19,089 nucleotides of DNA from Nanopusillaceae archaeon (GCA_038833255.1 JAWBIX010000005.1:1-19089), one strand, 5' to 3'; shown: positions 1 through 8,675, counted from the stretch's first letter. Program-made: numbers and translations. Notes: generated from the sequence alone by a model not told the origin.

Positions 1-914
1 TTTATTGTTGTTTTTAGTTTTTCTTTTGTTTCTTTTATCATTAAATCTGAAGATGTTAATAATTTATCTCCAGCTTCTCTTGAAGGTTTAATAATTCCTT
101 TAGCTAATAATTGTTTCCAAGCAATATATATTCCTCTATCATAAAAAGCTATTCCATCTCTTAAAAAAGTGTATATAACCGGATTCGCTTCTGCTAAAGA
201 ATACCAAAATTCTGTTAGAGTATAAACTTGAGGATGTAAAATTTTCTTGGAATTTAAAATAATTTGACATTCTACTGCCTTAGAACCAACTATTTGATAA
301 AGTTTTGATTTTAATTCTTCATAAGTATGTTTTTTAACATCAGTATCATCTATAATCACGTAAACATCTACATCTGATGTTTCTACATTTCTTCCCTTAA
401 CTTGTGATCCTGCTAAAGCATATGCTACAACATACTTAGAAAAAGTTTCTAAAAGAAGATTTTTGTGTAAAACAACCAATTTAAATATTTCTAATATTCC
501 CCTATCATATATTATCTCCCCGCTAGCAAGTAAATCTAATAAATCAAATCTAGAATCCATAGAAATATCTCTTATATCAGACATCGTTAAAATATGTATC
601 CACAAATTTAGATTTTTTTCTTTAACAAAGTTTATTATATTTTCAAGGATCTCATATTTAATTTTTAATTTATCTTCAATTAATTCTAAATCGTAATCCG
701 ATATTAATATTACCAAATGGTCTTTACTTTTTAATTCCTTCTCATATCTTTTTTTAAATTCTTCAATATCCAAATTATCTATCCTTCTAACGTAAAAATA
801 CAAATCTTCTAATAATTTTACTATTTCTTCTTTTTTTTCTTTAAAAATTTCTATACCTAAAATTCTTTCTTTAAATTTAGATTTATCTAAATATTCTAAA
901 ATTTCCTTTTCCAT
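1..914 (-). CDS. Pol-beta-superfamily nucleotidyltransferase-domain protein, C-terminus cut by window edge
   Basis: The minus-strand frame is open from ATG (914-912) to position 3. It is absent from the ORF track because no stop lies in the window. Hand translation: MEKEILEYLDKSKF...YVVAYALAGSQVKGRNVETSDVDVYVIIDD...FLRDGIAFYDRGIYIAWKQLLAKGIIKPS... The G-S...SDVD + hydrophobic strand + DD pattern is the minimal NTase signature. The upstream half (..DHLVILISDYD...LASGEIIYDRGILEIF..) looks like a degenerate second copy. Confidence 0.6.
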   Translation of the reverse strand, partial: MEKEILEYLDKSKFKERILGIEIFKEKKEEIVKLLEDLYFYVRRIDNLDIEEFKKRYEKELKSKDHLVILISDYDLELIEDKLKIKYEILENIINFVKEKNLNLWIHILTMSDIRDISMDSRFDLLDLLASGEIIYDRGILEIFKLVVLHKNLLLETFSKYVVAYALAGSQVKGRNVETSDVDVYVIIDDTDVKKHTYEELKSKLYQIVGSKAVECQIILNSKKILHPQVYTLTEFWYSLAEANPVIYTFLRDGIAFYDRGIYIAWKQLLAKGIIKPSREAGDKLLTSSDLMIKETKEKLKTTI

Positions 915-938
915 TTTAATCAAATATTTAAAATGATT

Positions 939-1433
939 TTATATATTTTTTCTTAACCATTTAAGTAAATTTTCTAAATCTATTTCGTCTTTTTTTTCAG
1001 TTTTAATTTCTTCTTCTTTTTTAATAAAAATCATACTAACAATTTTATTTTTTAAGTTTTCTAATTCTAAACTATCTGCTTTTTTTCTGGGTAATATTAA
1101 CTTTATATCGTCCCCATCAAATCTTGGAAATATTTCTATAGAAATATGTTTTGTTTTTTCATAATCTTTATTTAAATATAATAAAATAACTATTTTATTA
1201 GTATTAAAAATTATCTTTAAAACTTCTGACAACTTTTTTGCTAAAACAAACATCTTAACATATATTCCGTCGTCTAAATTATTTAAATCTTCGTAATGTT
1301 TTCTTGGAAATATTATCAAATGTCCTGGATTTACTGGAAAAATATTTAAAACGCATACTATGTCTTCGTCTTCATATATTTTATAAGATGGAATTATATT
1401 TTCTGCTATTTTACAAAATATACATTCATCCAT
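939..1433 (-). CDS. HIT-fold (histidine triad family) protein with a degenerate triad
   Basis: 164-aa ORF. The N-terminus CIFCKI....P..KIYEDEDIVCVLNIFPVNPGHLIIFPRKH is typical of HIT/Hint proteins. The position of HxHxHxx reads K-H-I-S-I-E-I-F-P-R (1134-1148). It has a K/E-rich C-terminal tail. Confidence 0.75.
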   Translation of the reverse strand: MDECIFCKIAENIIPSYKIYEDEDIVCVLNIFPVNPGHLIIFPRKHYEDLNNLDDGIYVKMFVLAKKLSEVLKIIFNTNKIVILLYLNKDYEKTKHISIEIFPRFDGDDIKLILPRKKADSLELENLKNKIVSMIFIKKEEEIKTEKKDEIDLENLLKWLRKNI

Positions 1434-1466
1434 AAAATTTTAATTAAAAATAATAATAAAATTTTT

Positions 1467-2414
1467 ATGATAAAAATATTTTTAGCTATATTAAGTATAA
1501 AATTAGCAGCTCTTGCAACATATTTAACAACCGAAATATTATCCAAATACGTCTATTCTTATTCTAAGGATTTTGGATATATGGGTAAAATCTTTCTATT
1601 TGTTTATTCAGGATTAATATTTATTCTACTACCTTTGATAACTTCTATAAATTTAGCATTAATTGGAGAATCAAATTTAGCATATTATAATATTTTGTAT
1701 AATGTTCTATTGGATGCTACTATATCTAGTGGAATATTAATTTTAATAAGCAAAAAAGACGAAAAAATAATTCTTGATAAAAAGATAATATTTATCACAT
1801 CTTTAATCTTTACTATAAACATATTTTTGATAATTAAAGGGTTTTTAAATATGCTCGATTCCTTTGTTTTATTCTTTTTATTTATTTTTTCTTCTTTATA
1901 CTTATTAAAAAGTAATATAGAGAAATCTAATTATAAAAGCTTTAAAAATAATAAAAACATAGTAGATCTTTTATTTAAAATCTTTTTTATTTTAATTTCT
2001 TTTATTATTTTTATTATTTGCAGTCAAATCTTATCTTATAGCGCTATTTATTTAAAAAATATTTTAAATAATGCTCCTCTAGTTGCTTATATAATTAACC
2101 TAATATCTAATACTGCACCTAATTTTCTTTTTGGATATATGATTTATAAAGAATCTAAAAACTTTGAAGAAGCACATTTATCCATATTTGGACAATTTTT
2201 TTATTCATTTACCATTTGTATAGGAATTATTTGCGGTATTCTTCCAATATTGTTTACTAATAAAGACGTTATAGTATTGCTTTCTTCTTTTATAGCTCTG
2301 TATTCATCCATGATAATTTTTAATCTATATGCATATGGACATTCTCTTCCTAAAGAAGTTGGAATATTTTTAATAATGTTAGGTCTATTAGTTGGCTTAA
2401 TAACAATATATTAA
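1467..2414 (+). CDS. Polytopic integral membrane protein (possibly a highly diverged CaCA/YrbG-like cation antiporter)
   Basis: 315-aa ORF with ~9-10 hydrophobic segments. Two weakly similar segments (..ALIGESNLAYYNIL.. and ..LISNTAPNFLFGYMIY...LSIFGQFFYSF..) loosely recall the two alpha-repeats (GTSLPE...GNxxGS) of Na+/Ca2+ exchanger-type proteins, but without the acidic residues. The family call is weak. Confidence 0.55.
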   Translation: MIKIFLAILSIKLAALATYLTTEILSKYVYSYSKDFGYMGKIFLFVYSGLIFILLPLITSINLALIGESNLAYYNILYNVLLDATISSGILILISKKDEKIILDKKIIFITSLIFTINIFLIIKGFLNMLDSFVLFFLFIFSSLYLLKSNIEKSNYKSFKNNKNIVDLLFKIFFILISFIIFIICSQILSYSAIYLKNILNNAPLVAYIINLISNTAPNFLFGYMIYKESKNFEEAHLSIFGQFFYSFTICIGIICGILPILFTNKDVIVLLSSFIALYSSMIIFNLYAYGHSLPKEVGIFLIMLGLLVGLITIY

Positions 2415-2439
2415 AAATTTATCGACATGTATTTAACTA

Positions 2440-2556
2440 ATGAGAAGAAGTTCGAGAAGATGGAAAAAATATAGAAGACCTCGTTGGAAATGGCAAAAGA
2501 AAAGAATGAAAGAAGAAAAAAGATTAAGAAAATTAGCAAGATTGAGGGCAATATAA
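2440..2556 (+). CDS. rpl41e: 50S ribosomal protein L41e (38 aa; below ORF-track size cutoff)
   Basis: Hand-translated ATG..TAA: MRRSSRRWKKYRRPRWKWQKKRMKEEKRLRKLARLRAI. It is extremely basic. The RWKWxKKRM core matches the eL41 signature (eukaryotic [21 protein letters not shown]). Confidence 0.7.
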   Translation: MRRSSRRWKKYRRPRWKWQKKRMKEEKRLRKLARLRAI

Positions 2557-2570
2557 ATATTTAAAAATTA
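2556..2570 (+). promoter_or_regulatory. Candidate TATA/BRE promoter of the 16S rRNA precursor
   Basis: AATATTTAAAAATTA is centred ~26-30 nt upstream of the first G+C-rich nucleotides of the leader (hairpin starts at 2594). A second TATA-like run lies at 2581-2593. Confidence 0.35.
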
Positions 2571-2593
2571 TCTTATACGATTTAATATATATA

Positions 2594-2647
2594 CCCTGTA
2601 GGGTCTCACCTGCAGATATGATGAAGCAGGTATCTCCTACAGGGAAA
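2594..2647 (+). ncRNA. H/ACA-like guide hairpin with K-loop in the 16S 5' leader (candidate)
   Basis: - Lower stem: 9 bp, CCCUGUAGG (2594-2602) / CCUACAGGG (2636-2644).
- Internal loop: GUCUC (2603-2607) / AUCU (2632-2635).
- Upper stem: 6 bp, ACCUGC (2608-2613) / GCAGGU (2626-2631).
- Apical loop: 12 nt, AGAUAUGAUGAA, able to form tandem sheared G.A pairs (C-box-like UGAUGA opposite AGA).
- An A-run (ANA position) starts 14 nt after the upper stem. Confidence 0.35.
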
Positions 2648-2673
2648 AAATGTGGAGATATCCGAAAATGGAA

Positions 2674-2689
2674 GAGATTATCCCGGATT
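2674..2689 (+). promoter_or_regulatory. 5' arm of the 16S rRNA processing helix
   Basis: GAGATTATCCCGGATT is the exact reverse complement of 4235-4250 (16/16 bp). The two arms bracket the 16S gene. Confidence 0.8.
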
Positions 2690-2738
2690 GCGGCCGTACT
2701 TCTCGGGTTTAGGCCCGCGGTGGGGTAAACCCCACCGA

Positions 2739-4228
<1,490 letters not shown>

Positions 4229-4234
4229 TAGTTA

Positions 4235-4250
4235 AATCCGGGATAATCTC
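4235..4250 (+). promoter_or_regulatory. 3' arm of the 16S rRNA processing helix
   Basis: AATCCGGGATAATCTC is the reverse complement of 2674-2689. It starts only 7 nt after ...GCUGGAUC. Confidence 0.8.
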
Positions 4251-4262
4251 CAAAATTTCAAA

Positions 4263-4268
4263 TTTTTT
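4263..4268 (+). terminator. Oligo-T tract downstream of 16S (candidate archaeal terminator)
   Basis: A TTTTTT run lies 13 nt after the processing-helix arm. Archaeal RNAP terminates at oligo-T tracts. Confidence 0.35.
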
Positions 4269-4286
4269 AATTTCAAAATCTTTTAT

Positions 4287-5534
4287 ATGTTTGAAATAAA
4301 AAATAGAGATATTGCTGGAAGAATTGGAATTTTAAAAATTAGCAACAAAAAAATAGAAACTCCTCTTTTATTACCTGTAATAAATCCAAAAAAACAAGAA
4401 ATTTATCCGAAAGAAATGCAAGATAAATATAAAGTTAATGCCATAATGACAAATGCTTATATTATATATTCTGACAAAAAATTAAGAGAAACTTTATTAG
4501 AAACTAATTTAAATAAATTTTTTAATTTTTCAGGAGTAATAGAAACCGATTCTGGATCATACCAGATCTTACACTATAAAAAAGACATTGATGTTTCAAA
4601 TAAAGAAATAGTTAAATTTCAAATAGAAATTGGAAGCAATATAATAAATGTTTTAGATTTACCTACAGATATTGATAAAAATTGGGAAGAGGCTAAGAAA
4701 GAACTAGAAATAACAATCAATAGAATTAGAGAAGGTATAGAAATTAGAGATTCTTTAAATAAAAACGTTTTAATTAACGGTGCTATTCAGGGAGGGATAT
4801 ATTTAGATCTAAGAAAACAAGCTGCAATAGAAGTTAGTAATTTAAACGTTGATATATACGCTATAGGAACTATAGTTCCATACATGATAAAGTATGATTT
4901 TTGTAAATTATTTGAAACAATAATGGTACCTAGAGTTCTTTTACCCTTAGATAAACCCGTTCATTTATTCGGATTAGGACATCCTCTAACAATTCCTTTA
5001 TCTATAGCTATAGGATGTGACATTTTTGACTCGGCATCTTATGCTTTGTATGCAGACGATAATAGAATAATGACGCACTATGGAACTTTTAGACTAGAAG
5101 AATTGGAAGATTTTTACTTAGAAACAAAAAACAAATGCTATCATATTTCAGAAATAAAAGAAATGCAAAAAGAAGAAAAAACAAAAATAATTGCTGAACA
5201 CAATCTATTTGTATTATTAAAAGAAATTTCTATAATTAAAGATTCTATAAAAAATCAATATTTATTTGATATTATTTTATTTAAAGCACATTATCACAAA
5301 TCTCTATATAAAGCTACAAAATATATATTAGAAAAGTTTTATTATTGGCTCAAAAAATTAGATCCTATAAGAAAACGTAGTGGAATTGTTTATGGCGGAG
5401 ATTTACTGGAGATAAGAACAGATGTGAAAAGAGCAATAGAAAGATTGAATGAAAGAGTAGATCCTAAAGATTTCGAAGATATTTATAAATATGTTTTTCC
5501 TTTTAACAGTATAAAAAATGATAAGATATTATGA
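4287..5534 (+). CDS. tgtA: Archaeosine tRNA-guanine transglycosylase (ArcTGT), catalytic domain only
   Basis: 415-aa ORF. It shows MFEIKNRDIAGRIGILK...IETPLLLPVINP, TNAYIIY, ETDSGSYQ (catalytic Asp), HLFGLGHP, FDSASYALYA and AEHNLF, all characteristic of ArcTGT. It lacks the C-terminal C2/PUA domains of ~580-aa homologues. Confidence 0.85.
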   Translation: MFEIKNRDIAGRIGILKISNKKIETPLLLPVINPKKQEIYPKEMQDKYKVNAIMTNAYIIYSDKKLRETLLETNLNKFFNFSGVIETDSGSYQILHYKKDIDVSNKEIVKFQIEIGSNIINVLDLPTDIDKNWEEAKKELEITINRIREGIEIRDSLNKNVLINGAIQGGIYLDLRKQAAIEVSNLNVDIYAIGTIVPYMIKYDFCKLFETIMVPRVLLPLDKPVHLFGLGHPLTIPLSIAIGCDIFDSASYALYADDNRIMTHYGTFRLEELEDFYLETKNKCYHISEIKEMQKEEKTKIIAEHNLFVLLKEISIIKDSIKNQYLFDIILFKAHYHKSLYKATKYILEKFYYWLKKLDPIRKRSGIVYGGDLLEIRTDVKRAIERLNERVDPKDFEDIYKYVFPFNSIKNDKIL

Positions 5535-6012
5535 AAAAGTAATAAAAAGAGAAATAAGAAGAACAAGAAGATTTAGAAAAAATAGTTATATAAAAATTAT
5601 TGGAATTTTATCTAATGTTTATGATTTTTCTATGCAAATTATAGAAAAAATATCTAAAAAACATAATTTAAATATAAAAATTGATAAAATAATATACGAA
5701 AATTTAACAGATGTCAAGTTAGAAGAAAATGCTATATTTATAATTCCATTAGAAGGAGTTTTCTTGTCTTATCTTTTATATAACGTTAATAACAATGAAA
5801 AATATTATTTTATTTTTAAAAAATACAAAAATTTAAATATTAGCTATAAAGTCTCAGAATATGTATTATCAAAATATATAAACAAAATTCCATACTCAAT
5901 AGATAAAACATACAATAAAATCATAGAGTTTATGTACAAACTCTTTGAAAAAAATGAAAAATACGCTATATCCTTAGGAAAATTTTTAGATTATATTGAA
6001 AAATATTATTAA
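5518..6012 (+). CDS. Hypothetical protein (weak resemblance to a decayed PP-loop ATPase N-domain)
   Basis: 164-aa ORF overlapping tgtA by 17 nt. A basic N-terminus is followed by KIIGILSNVYDFSMQIIEKISKK, where PP-loop enzymes have hhhhhSGGxDSxxhhxhh. There is no intact motif. Confidence 0.4.
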   Translation: MIRYYEKVIKREIRRTRRFRKNSYIKIIGILSNVYDFSMQIIEKISKKHNLNIKIDKIIYENLTDVKLEENAIFIIPLEGVFLSYLLYNVNNNEKYYFIFKKYKNLNISYKVSEYVLSKYINKIPYSIDKTYNKIIEFMYKLFEKNEKYAISLGKFLDYIEKYY

Positions 6013-6037
6013 ATTTTTATCTATCTAATTAATTTCT

Positions 6038-6448
6038 ATGCCAATATTCAAATTAAGAGGATATACTTTAGAAGAACTTCAAAAAATGTCATTAGAGGAA
6101 TTTATGATAAAAGTTGCAAACGCTAGATTAAGAAGAACTTTATCTAGAAGACTAAAATTTGGTTTTCCACCAGAATGGGAGAGATTTTATGAAAAGTGTA
6201 AATTACAAAAAGAAGGAAAATATAATAAACCTGTAAAAACCCATTCCAGAGAAATTCCAATTTTGCCTTTTATGGTAGGTTGTAAAATTGCTGTATATAA
6301 TGGAAAAGAATATGTAGAATATGAAGTAAAACCAGAAATGATCGGAAGAAGAGTTGGAGAATTTTCATTTACAACAAAGAAAGTTAAACATTCTGCACCA
6401 GGAATTGGAGCTTCTAGATCATCTAGATTCTTAAAAGCCGGTAAGTAA
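6038..6448 (+). CDS. rps19: 30S ribosomal protein S19 (uS19)
   Basis: 136-aa ORF. It shows ..RGYTLEELQKMSLEEF...ARLRR.L.R.........KTHSREIPILPFMVGCKIAVYNGKEYVEYEVKPEMIGRRVGEFSFTTKKVKHSAPGIGASRSS, matching archaeal S19p / eukaryotic S15. Confidence 0.9.
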   Translation: MPIFKLRGYTLEELQKMSLEEFMIKVANARLRRTLSRRLKFGFPPEWERFYEKCKLQKEGKYNKPVKTHSREIPILPFMVGCKIAVYNGKEYVEYEVKPEMIGRRVGEFSFTTKKVKHSAPGIGASRSSRFLKAGK

Positions 6449-6449
6449 A

Positions 6450-7274
6450 CTAAAAATTAAATAAAGTATAGATATTTAAAGATTTTGGAAACATTGGGAT
6501 TACTAATTTAAATATAATAAGTGTAAGAAATAAAAAAATAATAGAATGTTTTAGCCCTGCTTTATAAGATCCTTTATACATCTTTCCTATAGCTAATCCA
6601 GAAAAGAACGATTGTACTATAGATATTATATATAAATTTGAACTTATATCTTCTGTTCTAATTCTACTTCCATTTTCTAAATTAGAAATATCTAAAAAAG
6701 GCACTAGAAATATTATCATTATCAGAGAAGTTATAAGGAAAAAGAAAAATACAATATAAGAATGAATTACATTTTCAAACAATAACGATTCTCTCTGTTT
6801 TTTTAATTGTCTTACTTCTTTTATAGATTTTACTGCTGCTTCTAATCCTTTATCTAATTCTCCTCCAGATTTATATATATTAATTACACTTTTTATTATT
6901 TTAGAAATTGTTTTATTATTACATTCTTCAGAAAATAATGCAAAAGATTCTACAATTCCAACCCCCCAATCAATTCTTGCGGATAGATTTTTTATTGCCC
7001 TGTTTAAAGGTCCATAATCTGCTTTTTCTAAATAATTTAACGCAATTGGAAGCGGAATACCAGATCTTAAAAGTTCAACAAGATCTATTGAAAATCTAAA
7101 AAAACTATTTTCTTTTATTTCTTCTTTTTTTGAAATATAAGAGTAGTATAACAATGTTGGTAAAGAAGATAAAACTATTGATGTAATTAAAACATCCTCA
7201 AAAGGATAATTTAGATTTGAAAAAATAAAATATAAAAAGAAAAATAGAATTACTGATATTATTTCTACTTTCAT
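6450..7274 (-). CDS. FlaJ/TadC-like type IV filament platform protein, C-terminal half (single T2SS-F domain)
   Basis: 274-aa ORF. It has N-terminal TM helices, then a cytoplasmic helical domain FSIDLVELLRSGIPLPIALNYLEKADYGPLNRAIKNLSARIDWGVGIVESF...IINIYKSGGELDKGLEAAV, then TM helices (T2SS-F/FlaJ repeat architecture). Its start overlaps the upstream stop as ATGA (7271-7274). Confidence 0.75.
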   Translation of the reverse strand: MKVEIISVILFFFLYFIFSNLNYPFEDVLITSIVLSSLPTLLYYSYISKKEEIKENSFFRFSIDLVELLRSGIPLPIALNYLEKADYGPLNRAIKNLSARIDWGVGIVESFALFSEECNNKTISKIIKSVINIYKSGGELDKGLEAAVKSIKEVRQLKKQRESLLFENVIHSYIVFFFFLITSLIMIIFLVPFLDISNLENGSRIRTEDISSNLYIISIVQSFFSGLAIGKMYKGSYKAGLKHSIIFLFLTLIIFKLVIPMFPKSLNIYTLFNF

Positions 7275-8665
7275 ATTTCTAATTTAGAAATAAAAATCAT
7301 TACGCCTAAATTTATCATTGGGAGTACTACTAACGAAAGCAAATTAAGAAATTCTGAAATAGTTAGTCCAAAAATCGTTGGTGAAATTGCAGATAACATA
7401 ATTCCTACCGATATAATCAACATCGGCACTGTCAAAACCAAACCAACATATAAATCTGAAAAATTTTTCATTGTTTGATTTAATTTTTCTAAATCTGTTC
7501 TATAAAGTAATAGCTGGTTTTCTGTATATATCATAAAAAATTCTTTTACATTTCTACCAGATCTCAATGTTAAAAGTAGCTCATCTAAAAACTCTCTAAA
7601 TCTTTCAGAAGGAGTAGTATCACGAACATGTTCTATTGCATCAGAAATGCTAATTCCTGTATTTAACAAATCTGCTAATCTCTTAAATTCTAAAGATAAA
7701 GCACCGTAATCGTCTGTTTCTGCTACCAATCTAAAACACGTTTCTATATCTATTCCAGTTTGAAGTAAAGATAATATATGAACTGATAAAAAAGGAAGAT
7801 TCGTATCTATTTCTCTTTTAATTAAGTTTTCTTTATAGTTTATATAAAGATATAACACTATTGGAAAGAGAAAGATAAAAATAAATAATATTGCAATAAG
7901 TAAAATTTCATATAAGTATATAAATAAGAATAAAAAAATTGACAAGAGAATAAAAAATGAAAAAAATATTAATGATAAAAATTCTGATGGATTTAAATTT
8001 ATTTTTCCTTTAAATATTATTTTTCTTAAATTATAATGAAAAATTGGATATTTATCCAAAATATATCCAGATATTTTTCCAAAAATCAGATAGGATATAT
8101 CTACAAAAATCTTGTAAAAGTCTATTTTTTCTAAATCTTTTTTTATTTTTTTTCTAATTTTATAAAAATCTTCAATATTCTCTCTTTCTTTTTTAGATAT
8201 TTTTTTAGTTTCTATTTTTTTTATTTTATCTATATCTATAATTCTTTCCGCTCTACTTAATTCTTCTTCTATTTCAGAAATTTCAGAGTAGATTTTTTGA
8301 TTTTCTGGTTTATATTCCAAAATTGGAGATACAATTTCCTTTATACTTTCAAAAATTTTCTTCTTAGATTCTTCTTCAATTGAATAATTTTCCTTTATAT
8401 ATTCTGTCAATAATGAAATATTGTGCTTTATTTTGCCAAAATATATATATATTTTTGATTCTAACTTTAAGATTTTTTCATTAATTTTTCTTAGCTGTAA
8501 ATAATAGTTTTCTTTAGAAATTTCAGAAAGTTTATATTTTATTTCTAATTCCCTTTTTCTATTTAATAATTTATTTAGAATATTATAAGTTTTTTTAATA
8601 TCTTTTATAAGCAAAAATATTGATTGTACTATTTTATTTGCAAATTCTAGAGACTCTCCTCTCAT
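7271..8665 (-). CDS. FlaJ/TadB-like platform protein, N-terminal half, with ~190-aa K/E-rich coiled-coil extension
   Basis: 464-aa ORF. Residues ~1-190 are predicted helical and charged. TM helices follow, then LPFLSVHILSLLQTGIDIETCFRLVAETDDYGALSLEFKRLADLLNTGISISDAIEHVRDTTPSERFREFLDELLLTLRSGRNVKEFF (T2SS-F/FlaJ repeat), then more TM helices. Confidence 0.75.
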   Translation of the reverse strand: MRGESLEFANKIVQSIFLLIKDIKKTYNILNKLLNRKRELEIKYKLSEISKENYYLQLRKINEKILKLESKIYIYFGKIKHNISLLTEYIKENYSIEEESKKKIFESIKEIVSPILEYKPENQKIYSEISEIEEELSRAERIIDIDKIKKIETKKISKKERENIEDFYKIRKKIKKDLEKIDFYKIFVDISYLIFGKISGYILDKYPIFHYNLRKIIFKGKINLNPSEFLSLIFFSFFILLSIFLFLFIYLYEILLIAILFIFIFLFPIVLYLYINYKENLIKREIDTNLPFLSVHILSLLQTGIDIETCFRLVAETDDYGALSLEFKRLADLLNTGISISDAIEHVRDTTPSERFREFLDELLLTLRSGRNVKEFFMIYTENQLLLYRTDLEKLNQTMKNFSDLYVGLVLTVPMLIISVGIMLSAISPTIFGLTISEFLNLLSLVVLPMINLGVMIFISKLEI

Positions 8666-8675
8666 TATATTTTAT

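Noticed and set aside
463-696. 77-aa plus-strand ORF
   Set aside because: It is antisense to the NTase gene and has a low-complexity S/I/N/K-rich translation. It is a shadow ORF in A+T-rich DNA.
2618-2665. Box C/D sRNA starting at AUGAUGA (2618-2624) in the 16S leader
   Set aside because: No CUGA D or D' box occurs at appropriate spacing. Only a CCGA lies ~37 nt downstream, and there is no C' box. The UGAUGA is better explained as part of a K-loop.
6908-7099. Antisense shadow ORFs (6908..7099 +, 9273..9545 -, 15436..15624 -, 15840..16037 -, 18612..18875 +)
   Set aside because: Each lies fully inside a well-supported gene on the opposite strand and has no recognisable motif.
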